A stretch of DNA of 64,000 nt. It comes from Cystobasidiomycetes sp. EMM_F5. Lineage: Eukaryota. The stretch spans positions 868,001 to 932,000 of the forward strand of contig JBPGPT010000002.1 of NCBI GenBank assembly GCA_051047955.1, read 5' to 3'. Below the pieces are notes generated by a model, which ran no database searches, was not told where the DNA came from, and saw only the letters and a program-made list of their open reading frames with translations. This document shows, piece after piece, positions 24,296 to 36,484 of this stretch (its first letter is position 1; the number at the start of each line of letters is the position of its first letter). A program made the translations under genes and the position numbers.

Positions 24296-26431
24296 TCAAA
24301 AACTGGATGGTGAACCTCTTGCGCCCTTTGCGTGTTTGCGCATATGCCTGGAAAATGCCGAGCGTTTTCAGCCATAGCACCAATAGTCGACACTGTAGTA
24401 AAGCCGTACCTTCTTAAATTAGAGTTGACTGAAAAGCCGCGTTTACAAAGTGAACATGTGAATGGTTTGGCTCCAGTATGCATGTGCATATGTACAGAGA
24501 GTGCCGATGGTCGGGTAAAGCGTTTGTGACAGACGTCGCACTCCTGTCAGTGAAGAGGAGGACAATGACGATAATAGGACATTCTCGTCAGTCCCAAAAC
24601 TGGGAATGCACCAAACTTCAAAAGGTCAAAACCTCACATATTTTCCGGTACCGAGTGATTCGCTGTGCTGTTCTTCGTTCGCATTGTCCATACCGTCAAG
24701 CGGAGGAGACGTTTGCGAATCGTCTGCATCGTCATCGGGGCTTGTTTCTGTTTCTCCGCTGCCTTGCAGAAACGACATGGTATCAGTCGCGGTTGTTGTG
24801 GCGTAATAGTCCTTTTTAGGTACTGCTTGGTCATCGTCAATACCGGGTATGTGCTTGTGACGAGCAGCAACTTCACCATAGCCGTTTGACCGCATATCTG
24901 AGGATGCTGCTGATCGGATGCTAGCCAGATTGACAGCTGCCATTGCCCTCGGGTCATCCCCATCCCAAATATCGGCACCGAAATCAGGATGTGCTATATA
25001 TTTTGCGCGTATACTACTCGGTCCCAGGCCACCAGGGTCAGCTGATGAACGAGCGTCCTGGTTATAATCACAGCACGGATCTTCATGCAGATGTAGCGTA
25101 CTGCGATAATGCGGAATATCGTCGCTGTACTCATACGGGCCATTCAGATTATCTGTCCGCGGTTCACAACTGCACAACTTCTTCGCCCGCTTGTCAGACT
25201 GTAGCAAAGGTGGTTCAGGTATCGGCCGCCGGTTCTCCCTGAGCGCGTTACTATACTGCTGAACGAAAGCGGACGGAACCTCCTGACGCCCCTTTGGCGG
25301 ATTGAGACGCGACGCAATGTCCGAAGCCGTCACTTGAGGAGATGCTTTGAGTCTATTGAGATTGTCATCAAGACCACCGGAGAGTGCAGTGTGCGGTCCG
25401 TTATACTGTTCTGGCGGTGGTACACGACTACCGAATGCGGGAGGAGAATAACGAGGAAGAGGGTGCTTGCGTGGCGGAGACTGGGAATGATCTCGGTAGT
25501 GGCTAGAGGAGGCAAGTCCAGTTACGGATTGCGGTGCATAGTCTACACTAGCTGCAGAGGCACGACTGGAGAAGTGCGTCGAGGGTGTTTGCCAATCAGC
25601 CCGAGGCGGATACGGATTTCGGGCAGGCGGGGACCTGATACGATTAGGTCCGGTTGATCCGCTGGGTTCGCACGAGCCTGCCTCGACACCCCTGATGTCT
25701 GTTAGTGCTGCAGACAATGGATTATTGATCTCTGACTGGCTGATAGGAGATTGAATGTGAGCGTGACTTGCACGGCTCAGCCTCCTCGTGGCGTTGAGCT
25801 CCCACGCAGAGGCCAGGCTGTCGTATGCTGACTCGACTTGCTCTCCTGCCGCAGCATTCAGGTCGAGCGACTGCAGAAAGGCGGTCTTGCCAGACTTGTC
25901 CGACTTTGCTTGTGCGCGTACCGAAGACGCGTCGCCTCTCTCGTAGCTCGTATGCCTCGCTTGCCCAGGCCTGACGAATTCAGAGACGTCTCTGCTTGTC
26001 AGATACGGAGCGGGATCTGCAGGTGTAATGTCTTGACCATCAAAGTCGCCTGCAGGGGAGATCGAGATCGAACATATGCAGAATCATACGAATAGCAGTT
26101 CAAATATGGGAAACAAGTAGCGCAATCAGCGTGCGGCCCAGCAAGGCAACGAAAGTGACATCTTCTCACCCAGGACCGGGGCCAAGCTCATGACATAACG
26201 CAATGAGGGCAGCCGAGGTTTGGAGTGTGATTGGGATGAAGATGAGACGGGATACTGCCCTCTTGTATCGTTGAAAGACGCCGATAGGCCTGCAAGAGCC
26301 GAGTGTGTTAGAGGTTGAAAATTGTAGTCCATACTTGCGACTGGATGGGCGGAATCTTCGAGGAGTGTAGAGGGCGACGCCTGAATATCATGCGTGCCAA
26401 CTGGCGCTGGCAGTGCAGCAGTATCGATCAT
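24296..26431 (-). CDS. C2H2 zinc-finger transcription factor (two C-terminal fingers)
   Basis: CDVCHKRFTRPSALSVHMHMHTGAKPFTCSLCKRGFSVNSNLRRHMRKH after splicing, with a long disordered N-terminus containing LPSLR. The 5' end is uncertain. Confidence 0.85.
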
Positions 26432-27393
26432 GTACTGAAAGTCGAAAGTGATCGGCAGTCCAGGATCTGCACGCTGACCGGTGGAAGAGGCGTCGTTCTG
26501 CGCCGGCAGCGCGCGTATGTTGCGACAGCGATAGTAATGGCCTGCGAGTGGATATATTGTTCGCCTGGCAGCGTCTTTTACGGAAGCGGAAGGTGCGAAG
26601 AGGCGGATCTCAGAAATGCGGGAAGCCAGCTGGAACGGCAGTGAGATTCCCTTGGAACGGCAGCGGTCGACCGCGCGCAATGAGGTCGTGCTCGTACTCG
26701 CCAGCGCTACATGTGTTTCAGCTCTTCAGAATACCGTGATCTTCCATATTTCTCTTTGGGACTTTTCGATTGATTGAGTTGGCTGGCAGATCTGCGCGCC
26801 AGTAGAAGCTGGAGCGCCAGGCGAATACCAGCTTTTCTGCTAAGACGTTGTCGACGGTCGTTGCAGAGACTGCTTTCAATCCTGCTGGGCTCGTATGAGC
26901 TGCCCGCTGGGCGCGACTTTTACACTTCATTCAAGATCGCAATATTATTCCTCGATATCTCGAAAATGCAGCACGTCCGATTTCAAAAATTTTGCCGCAT
27001 TTCCCCAGTTAGCATCCATAATTGGGAGCTGGATCGCACACGCAGCGCAGTGCGGCAGAGCTGACAGTTTCCACAAGTTTATGTCGGTTTCATCGATATC
27101 GTATATATACCAGATCTCCGCTTTCTCCCAGCTAGGCTCGCAATCTCTTCAGATTAGCCCCGTATGGTCGATTCCCAGTCTCGTATGTACAGAGAGAGGC
27201 TCTTGACCCAGAAAGTCGCATGTTTCGAGCGTTGTGCGTGTCAACGGATTACAATGCTCACGTCTCGAACGGCCTGAATGCACGATCTATCCTGCTTGAT
27301 ACCAGGTTCTACCTCGACGACCAGCTTACAATTGCAGTCTACAAACGTCCTGTTCACACTATGCTGACATTCTCCTGCCCATGACGACGCCAT

Positions 27394-29120
27394 TCAGCGC
27401 GCAGCAATCTCTACGCCATTCTTGAACGTCGCCAAAAGGGATGTGAGCTGCAGCTTTTCGTTGCCTCCTGTGGATAGACGGTGTTCAACCTGCGCCAGAT
27501 GGTCGAGAATATAGATGCGCGTAGCAGGTGGGAATTTGACGGTCGCTACAAAGTCGTAGATGCCTGCAATGACGTCTTGCAGTGCGAGGCCTTTGTTCGT
27601 TTTGAGTTGAGTGATGCCTGTGATGTTTTAAACAACGTACATGCGTTAGTGTCATCATCCTTGCAAGATGGCATTTTAGTAACTTGCGTGAGAAGCTCGT
27701 TTGAAACTCTTCGTTCATCATGCTGTTGACAATGTCTTCGATGTCACTCGGATGAGGGTTGCCGGTAACATTATAGACGGCGGATTCGTCTACAATGTCG
27801 TACGCCGCGTGACATGCCTGCATGACAAGTCTCAGACTCCATTTCGACGACTACAAAAATTGGACGTAACGGTGACGCACCTGCATGACGTTGAGCGCTC
27901 GACGCATATCGCCTTTGCTGAGTCTCAACAATGCCTGCTTCCCATCAGGCGTGAGCTGCACCTTCTCAGCATCAATGACGGTGTGCAGGCGCCGTTCAAC
28001 CTCGATGATGGGTAGTGGCCCAAACCTGCCTCGAAAATAACCAGTCAGATGCCAATGTGCAACCGAACACCGCTTGTTACATACCTGAACCTTGTACAGC
28101 GCGACTGGATAGCAGGGATGATACGGTTGACATAATTGCATATGATGCAGAATCTGACATTCTTCGTGTATTGCTCAATCACTGTAGGGTATACAGTCAG
28201 TACCAGCAGTCTTTGAAGGGCGGAAGAGCTGGTCTCGCCTCGACGTAAGGCTCCTTGGGCTACTTGTGTCATCATATCTGCTTCGTCGAGTATGATGAGC
28301 TTGTAGGCAGAGCTGCAGGATGCGTCAGTTGCCATGTCGTGTTGAAGCGAGCGGAGACGGCGCATTCTTTACGCCAGGCTCACCTTCCGAATGTCCTTAC
28401 TCCAGCAAAATTCTTTATCTGTTCTCGCACGACGTCAATACCTCGCTCGTCAGAGGCATTGAGCTGAGAGTGATTGAATAGAATGAGAGCACAGAACAAA
28501 CGTGGACCGCATACATCCATAGTTTATTTAGCGAGGATGACTGAGCGGGACAGCAGCATACCTCGAGAACGTTGTTTCTGTACGCGTTACTTGCACTCTT
28601 GCTCTTGCCAGGATCTCCGTAAATCTTGCGAGCGATACACAGCACGGTACTCGTCTTTCCAGTCCCCGGCGGGCCGTAGAACAGCATGTGTGGCAGCTGA
28701 TTGAGCTCGAGAAACTTGTCGACTGTCGCATGTAGTAAACTTTGTGAGCTGTAATGTATGCATCTTTGACAGGTCTCGCACACCCACTGGTGGAAGTGAT
28801 ATCGGCGTGACTGACGACATCGTCGAGGGTTACTGGTCTGTACTTCTCCACCCTGGCGGTGTAATAGATTCACGAAAACAAGCATTAGCGTTGATACATA
28901 CTATCGGACCTTCTTTCGAAGCCGTGTACGATGTCCATGCGCACCAGGGCAGGTTGTCCAGAGTATGCGCCGCTTGCGCACCAGGCAACGGAGCAGGCGC
29001 AGCACCATCGGCGAGGAGCACTTCTTTCGCTTTGCCCTTTGCGCTTCGCTGGACTTCCGCGTCTGCCATCTCGCGCTCGACGTCTGAGCCCGACAGCATT
29101 TCCTCATCGGACACGGACAT
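27394..29120 (-). CDS. RFC3: Replication factor C small subunit (yeast Rfc3 / human RFC5 type)
   Basis: [74 protein letters not shown] and GDMRRALNV. Confidence 0.93.
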
Positions 29121-29221
29121 GGTTGCGTGTGGTATCAGCAGGAGCAGTTGCAGATATTTGCAAAGTAAGTTCAAAGACTCCTGCGATATGCAAGATCAAG
29201 CCATGAAAGCTGCAACTCTTT

Positions 29222-29263
29222 ACGCGTTGTAAATATGTTGATCAGACATTGACAACAACGCGA
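29222..29263. promoter_or_regulatory. MCB-like elements in the ~180-bp RFC3/sirtuin bidirectional promoter
   Basis: ACGCGT at 29222-29227 and ACGCGA at ~29258, upstream of a DNA-replication gene. Confidence 0.45.
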
Positions 29264-29300
29264 CATCGAGCTCAGACTGCCGATAGCTCGGGGCTGAAGG

Positions 29301-31351
29301 ATGCAGCTGGCTTCCAATATCGTAGTACCACTGTCCACCTCGGATGGCCGCAGCCTCCCCCCGTCAGAGTCGCAGCTACAGCAAGAGCTGCTCGACAGGT
29401 CCTTTGATCTCGGCGACGACGATGTGCTCGATATCCAGGCAGCTCTGGGGGCATTCACCAAGCCATTCGACAGTACGAAGGTAGTAAAGACGGCGAACGG
29501 AGCTGCTAAAGCGACCGATGGTCAGGAGGAAACAGTGCGAAATGACATTCAAGACAATGGGGTAGACGATCAAGACGATTCCGACGTCGACGAGGCCATG
29601 GAGAAACGCATCGCTGAACTGCAAGCTGATGCCTTTGACGACGAGGTAGCTGACGAAATGGTCGATGAGCTGAAAGAAATCGGTTCGTCCTGCCCAAATA
29701 CAGTCAAGCACACGCAAGCAGTCTGCTATTGAACTAACGTCAATCACTTTCCAGGCATGTTTCATTTCCTCCAAAAGTATGTCGTGGAGAAACAAGTCCC
29801 GCTGCAAAAATTATTATTGCTGTTTGGCATTATTGCGGTACATCCATATGCTCTCCCTACAACAATTGGCCTCGCTGAATGCGTTATTTTACAGCCGGCC
29901 GACGATGACCTACCAGATCAAGCACACCTTCTGCGAATCCTCAAGATTGCACTCACACGCACGTCAGTACCGGCATCGAATGTGCAAAGTGAATCGCAGC
30001 TGAGTGCGTGTCTATAGCTTACGGAACCGCTTTCCCTTAGAAGAGTATACCACGCCTCAGCATGCTGTGTCTCTTATCCGCAGTGCCTGCAATATCGTCG
30101 TGTTAACCGGAGCTGGCATCAGCACAAATTGCGGCATTCCAGACTTTAGATCCTCCAGCGGAATCTATGCTCGCCTGCAGGCGACAGGTCGATATCCTGA
30201 ACTGACAGACCCTCAAGAGATGTTTGACATGGAGGTATTCAGGGACAATCCGGAAATCTTCTATTCTTTTGCTCAGGAGCTGTACCCATCAGACGATGTG
30301 GGGAGGAGCTCGAAAGCGCATCGGTGGATAAGGCAATTGGAAGTCCAAGGCAAGCTGCTTCGAAATTATTCGCAAAATATCGATACTTTGGAAAAGACTG
30401 CCGGGATACAGAGTGTGCTACACGCGCATGGTGGGTTGTATACGCCTCAATCGATTCGCACACTAACGTGCTCGCCAGGCTCATTTGCAACTGCGTCATG
30501 CATCAGATGCCATGCTCAATTTCCTGGCGATTCCATCAAAGAAGCGTACGTGCATTTCAGGCCAAGAAATGATCTCGCTGATACATACACGCTACAGCAT
30601 ATTTTCGCAAACTGTACCAATGTGTGCAGTCTGCACTGCCGTTAAACCTTCGACGTCGACCAACAGCAAGCCTGCAAAGAAGCGCAAGCTGAACAATGGC
30701 TACACATCCCAAAGCGATTCGGACGGAGAAGACTGGGTAAACCCCTGGCACGGTAAACCAATCGTCAAGCCCGATATTACGTTCTTTGGACAAGCTCTCG
30801 ACGATGCTTTCGATCGCTGCTTGCTTGCCGATCGAGAGGATGTAGACTTGCTCATCGTCATGGGCACGTCTCTCCAAGTTGCTCCTGTCTCTGAACTACT
30901 TGCCCACATCCCACATCGCGTCCCTCAGATACTGATTAACCGAGATCCGGTACCGCATGTGATGGACCGGATCGATATTGCCTTGTTGGGGGATTGCGAT
31001 GTTATAGTAGACTGGCTTGCCAGCCAGTTATCCGAATCGCAGGATGGCACTACCTCGGAGGCAGCGGTAGATGCGCAGGCCGGCGATGTGACAGACTATA
31101 GGCAGGCTATAGATGGCGTCGACAATGTATGGTTCTTCGCTGGCGCCAACGAGGAGCATCGCTGGATCGATCGCATGCGGGAATACGTCAACGCTGAGGA
31201 TGACGTTGACAGTGCGCGCGATACCGCAGGAAATGCCAGCGAAGACACAGAGGCGGCATACGCAGGCCTTGCTGCTTTGGTAACCGAGGTACCAGCAGCC
31301 GCCATTGACCCGTCTGCAAATGCTGCAACCTTGACAGGCGGGCCGATTTGA
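29301..31351 (+). CDS. SIR2: NAD-dependent deacetylase, Sir2/Hst1 class
   Basis: LTGAGISTNCGIPDFRS, YSQNIDTLE, HG/SFATASC, CxxC...CxxC, KPDITFFG, MGTSLQVAPVS and LINRD. Confidence 0.92.
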
Positions 31352-31406
31352 CGTATGCACGCTCGTACTGGTCCCAACCACAGGGTGCAGACGCTCAAGC
31401 AGAGCA

Positions 31407-32388
31407 TTACTGCCTTTCGCTTCCGCGTCGCACAATTTGCTCATTCTTCGGCCAAGATGGGTCGGGTGCGCTGACTCTTCTCGCCTCGACTGACTGCTCG
31501 TTGCGGTAGTCCTCCTCATCCTGGTCCCATACAACATCCCCGCTATCTCTTCCTTCAGCTCCAGTCGTCGCTGCACTTGTCGACCGTAGGTGCGAATACG
31601 AGTATCCATTTGCTTGAGACGGACGACGCGAAGGACCGTGTTTGCCTGCTTGTTGCGACGCAAGCAACGTGCGGAATGTGCCACGGCGGAGGTGCAGGGC
31701 GAAGGAGTAGAGCACTAGAATGAAGTAAATCTAGATGACAGGAGATCGCACGTCAGTATGCGCCATGTTGTGTTCATTCTAGCTACCCACCTTGAGAAGC
31801 CAGCCTGCGAGAAGAACAAACGTGCTGAAAGCGCGCTCATCTCGCCAGACGGCCAGCGCTTGCCTTGCCCGTTCCTGCGAGTCTTCCACGGTTGCATGGT
31901 TGCCGGGCCCTCCAGCTGCTGCGTGCCCTTCCAATATCTCCTTCTGCGCCTCGGAGTTTGCGACACGGCGACCGTCGTGCGGAGTATATACGTACCAGTT
32001 GACGCCAAAGTAGACGGTGTAGAGCGTCGACACGATGTGGTCAGCCAGGTAAATATGTGCGTACGCCAGGACTTTGTCGGGATGCTCCTGGATAATTAAG
32101 CTGGTCAGGTCGAATCCTGATGTAGCTTGAGACTGGCTCACATACCTGACCCAGCTGGCGAAGTCCCCATACAGAGACTGCTATGCTCGCCAACGAGTAC
32201 ACGTACAGCGAGACTTGGGCGAGGTTTCCTCCAAAGAAGACGGCCAGCAATCCATAGACCCCGGCGACCTTGTTGAGGATGCTAAAGTATGTCAGGATCT
32301 CTGACCCCAGCTTGATGTCGAGCAGCCCAAAGAAGGTGTGCAGCGGAAGCAGCGTCGTCGTCAGCTTGGACGACAACCGCAGCGACAT
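31407..32388 (-). CDS. KEI1: Inositolphosphorylceramide synthase regulatory subunit Kei1 (DUF1753)
   Basis: TFFGLLDIKLGSEILTYFSILNKVAGVYGLLA, DHIVSTLYT, PHDGRRVANSEAQ and YFILVLYSFA. Confidence 0.85.
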
Positions 32389-32748
32389 GGTGTCCAGCAA
32401 AGGCGATGGTCCTAACATGATGGCTTTATGAATATTTCCGTCGGTTTATAGTAACGACCCCTAGCAGATCACAACCTTTCGTTGAATTCAGCATGATCCC
32501 CCGCTGCTGATACTTAGAGTCATTGACCTGCAGCTGATATGAACTCGTACCTGTATTCAAGTCGGCTACAACATGGGCATAAGGGATATATCCGTCCGCA
32601 GACGCATTGGTCTCACGGCATGCGTCGTTGCGGCTGATAAGATAACTGGATCTCACTCACGTCATACCAATCTCAAAGCGCACACTTGTACCAGATTCGG
32701 CTCAGCCGTCCACAACGAATGAATAATTATCCTGACATATGTCTGACC

Positions 32749-33327
32749 CTACATGGCTTTTGCTTGAACGCCTATCGTATAGCAAGCAGGATAAGTGAGA
32801 GGCATGAAGTCTGGCATGAATTGAGTGGTATCAGACTGATGAGGAACGTGAATCAGTTTCGGTATTCTGCAGATTGCTGGAATTCGACATACCGGAAGCA
32901 GGCAGCGGGTACCGCTAGGGCACCCAATGTACATGGCGCCCTCCTCCGGGCAAAGGATACCCTGATTGACGTCTGGTCCACATTGATAGAGCTGATTGTT
33001 GAAGCAGGAATAGGAATTTTCAGGCGACAATACTCCGGTTGACACTCCGACAGGAGCCGTATACGTGTTCGTAACAACCACCGGCATCTGAGCGGTGTAA
33101 GTGCTGTGCCTGGTACCGAGGGTGTATTGCGATGTTACAGTGACAGTGGTGCCGCTGAGAACGTAAACGAGCCCGGACGAAATGGTTTGACTAGGATACC
33201 ATGTCGACGGAGATAACATGGTTCGCGTGGCCGTAACAGTAGTTAGTGCAGCTTGACGCTCCATAAGCGGGATCGCAGCAGTCAAGGAAGCTAGACCGAT
33301 AATGGAGAGTGAAATTTTGATAAACAT
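32749..33327 (-). CDS. Secreted Thr-rich, 6-Cys small protein A (unknown family)
   Basis: Signal peptide, ERQ, TxT-rich region and C-x7-C-x9-C-x9-C-x5-C-x20-C after removing a 57-nt GT-AG intron. Confidence 0.85.
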   Translation of the reverse strand: MFIKISLSIIGLASLTAAIPLMERQAALTTVTATRTMLSPSTWYPSQTISSGLVYVLSGTTVTVTSQYTLGTRHSTYTAQMPVVVTNTYTAPVGVSTGVLSPENSYSCFNNQLYQCGPDVNQGILCPEEGAMYIGCPSGTRCLLPVCRIPAICRIPKLIHVPHQSDTTQFMPDFMPLTYPACYTIGVQAKAM

Positions 33328-33506
33328 AGTTCACTTTGAGCTTTGTTGCAGATGATGTAGGATATGTGAATGAAAGTGGGCGTGAGCTGCTGTGTGAGTG
33401 GAACAAATGAATGCGTTGATGGCAAAAGAGTGTACTAAAGTTACCTGGTAAATGGATTGAAATGCTGCTTATCGCATTGGCCTTTGTTTATAGGGAGGCT
33501 ATATTG

Positions 33507-33548
33507 TACTCTCAGGAAACTCTCCTGAGAGTAGATACTCTCCTGAGA
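33507..33548. promoter_or_regulatory. 11-bp perfect inverted repeat plus a third TCCTGAGA copy, next to a TATAAA of gene A
   Basis: TACTCTCAGGA-aactc-TCCTGAGAGTA (33507-33533), then actcTCCTGAGA; TATAAA on the minus strand at ~33487-33492. Confidence 0.55.
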
Positions 33549-34013
33549 ATGATCGCACATGAGCCGTGCTTCATTTGTCACCGCCACCACCTTTGTTTGT
33601 GATTAAGCGCCTTCGTTGGTTTTTATGGGCAATAGACTCTATGGAGCCGCGCCAATACGCCAGATGGTATCTATTAGCGGATGATGGACCGGTCGTTGGG
33701 TCTCGGCACTTGGACATGCTCCATCGAGCGTTAAATTGTCACTGCGGGGAGTATGGAAAAGGAACAGCGGGCCTGCACGGCCAGGCTTCGATGCGGACCA
33801 CGTAAGACAGAGTCGGCCATATTATGCCGGAGAGTTCGTCATCGAATCGATATCAGACAACGTTAGCAATGACTTGGCGTCCGGTAAGCGGTAGCAAAAC
33901 ACACAATGGTCTAGGACAAAGATAGCAGAACTTTCAGTTCATGATTCCGGCTCAGCCGTCTAAGACAGATTTGGTATAAGAAGCGGGGCTTGTATGTCGT
34001 GGTCTAACAGACG

Positions 34014-34581
34014 TCACATTGCCGTGACTTGTACGCCTGTCGTGTAGCACGCAGGATAGGTAAGTGGCATGACGCCTGGCATAAATCGTTTAGTATCGGA
34101 CTGTTCAAGGCATACCCACCTTAGTGAAATTCGCAACTGGTCCTCAGTATCCATGACTCACAGGCAGAACACATTGCGTTCCCATCGGGCAGCCAATTAT
34201 CTGGGCGCCAGTCTGGGGGCATAGCATGCCTTGGGTGACCACTGCGCACATCGCAAGCGTATTCCCTAGGCAGAAGAAACGATTTGATTCCGCAACAATG
34301 CCCATAGAGCCAGCTGACGACGTGTATGTATTTGTCACTACCAAAGGCAGTTGAACTGGCATGGCCGTCATGAGGGTTGTAGGAGCTGTAAGAGTGGTCG
34401 TCATGCCGTTCGCGACGTACACCATTCCGCTCATCAGAGCCTGGCCGGAAGTCAGAGTGGTTGGTAGGAGCATCGTCTGTGTAGCAGTAACAGTCGTCAT
34501 CGCAGCTTGACGCCCAGCGAGAGGCATTGCGGCGGCGGCGGAAACCAGACCGATAATGCAGAGTGAGACTTTGGAAATCAT
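34014..34581 (-). CDS. Secreted Thr/Met-rich, 6-Cys small protein B (paralogue of A)
   Basis: Signal peptide, GRQ and the same Cys spacing. The intron is at the same position as in A; the last exon reads SDTKRFMPGVMPLTYPACYTTGVQVTAM*. Confidence 0.85.
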
Positions 34582-35079
34582 TGTCCTGTATGAATGAATG
34601 TGGGTGTGAAGCTGAGTATGAGTAAGAGAGATGATGAGTGCGATTGTTGTGGGAACAACCTGGCAGAAGCTTCATGGGATCGTTTAAAAGTGAAACACCT
34701 CCTTTGTTTTCTCCATTTGTGCAGAGGCTGTTCTTCACGGGAAATAGCCTGGGAACGGTCGCGTAAGAACCGTCCTCCTTTTGTCAGTATACTCAGCTCG
34801 TTTCCGCTTGAGCGCCGATACTGTGCATCAGAACGCTAGTTCCGATCCCGATGGCTAAATCTGTCCTGTATCCTGGTTGCTCGACAGGCGGTTCCTACAC
34901 AGACTTTGCTCTAACAATTTGGCTGCATGAGCAGCGCTCCTTGGCCGCGACATCAGAAACGCAACAAGCGCAAGTTATTGTGGAGATGGTGTTTCGATGG
35001 CGCAAGTGACGAACAAGCTTTGAGGCTAACACAAGACGGACAACGTACGGATGTGCGGTGGCGAGACTTCTGGTGAAAT

Positions 35080-35750
35080 CTAGGCAGGGTAGACTTCTGT
35101 GGCTGTCGAATAGCAGTGTGGATATGGCAAAGGCGTAATACCGGCACGGAACAGGCTTGTATCGGCCTAAAAGTAGTAAAAGAACGTGAACCAAAGTATA
35201 AAAACCATGACGAATACATCAGCGCTGATGTGCGTCATTGGGACAGCTGTACTTACACTGTTGACACACCGAGTGCCTCCCGCACATCCGAGTCGAAGGG
35301 CGTTGTTTTGTGGACACAGCAGGCTCTGTGTTACATCGCTCCCGCACTGCCATAACTGCCCAAACGAATCGCAGAAGAATCTGCGTATGTTTGAGTGAGC
35401 TCAGGCAGACTCAGCGCTTAGTAAGGAGTCGAGAGTCCTCACCTTGAGCTTTCGCTAGGCACTCCTGTTGTCACGCCCTGGGTAGCGGTGTACACTTTAG
35501 TCACAACCTGGACCATTGCTAGTGGGAGTGGTGTTGCAAGGTTCGTAGCAGTAGCTACTGTGGTCGTTGCACCATTGATCACATAGACCGCGCCCTGATT
35601 GAGGGCTTGTCCGGACGTAAAAGTCGTCGCCAGAAGCATGGTTTGAGTGCTCGTAACTGTGGTGAGCGTGGCGGAAGCAGCCTGACGGTTGACCAGAGGA
35701 TGAGCTGTCGCCAAAGATGCCATTGCGATTGCAGCGATGATGGATCGCAT
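35080..35750 (-). CDS. Secreted Thr-rich, 6-Cys small protein C (paralogue of A/B), 3 exons
   Basis: Signal peptide and NRQ; exons 2 and 3 give RFFCDSFGQLWQCGSDVTQSLLCPQNNALRLGCAGGTRCVNS-ADTSLFRAGITPLPYPHCYSTATEVYPA*. Confidence 0.85.
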
Positions 35751-36484
35751 GATGGAAAGATTTCAGTGGTGATTGAATGATAGAGATGTCTGTTACTTAA
35801 GAACGCTGAGAAAGGCAGCGAAAGAGCGTGTTGCGATAGTCGGTATCGCTAGTGAGGGATGTTAAGTCTGGTGTAGTAGGTCTCCAGAGACGCTACAAAG
35901 TGGTGATGGTTGAAGAGTAAGTGAGCAGTCAGAGCCGGAAATGCGGAGATTATCGAATTGTGCCTTGCGCATTTTTCGCGGAGACCATCCGAAGCACCGG
36001 GTTCACTCCTGGTGTTGGTGACCGTCAGAAGCGGCAGGAGACCGTAATGGTGCGGAGTCAATGGGAACTCGCAATATGTCTCGCGCGGTGAATGGAAGGG
36101 AATCGGGGACCTGCCGAATCGGGGTCACTGAATTTGGCTAAAGGGGCGACGCGAGTTCAAATTCCCTGTGTCTCCCTTTCGGCGACCGCACCTCTAAGGA
36201 GTTGTTGCTCTCTTCAGCGCAGGTAAGAGCTCGGGGGAACACAGCATGGATTTGGAAATCTGGGCGAATTTACCTGTGAAAATTACGAAGAGAATTTCGA
36301 TGTAAGACACGAGCGAACATTAGAGCAAGTAGATTCGCTATACGATTGTCTTCTGTAGTAGGCACCGTCAGTCATATATCAGATGTTGGATATTTGTCGC
36401 TTCATGAAGAAGAAAAGGAAACAGACGTCAGGAAATTTCGATTAATGTCGCCTTTCCCTGACCGCGCCATACCCTGACCGACAT

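Noticed and set aside
32749..35750. Hydrophobin or CFEM identity for the secreted trio
   Set aside because: Only 6 Cys and no CC doublets; the spacing fits neither family.
36095..36170. A-box-like TGGCTAAAGG and B-box-like GAGTTCAAATTC with a GAATCGGGG repeat: possible tRNA or SINE
   Set aside because: The boxes are too close together and I could not fold a cloverleaf. tRNAscan-SE would be decisive.
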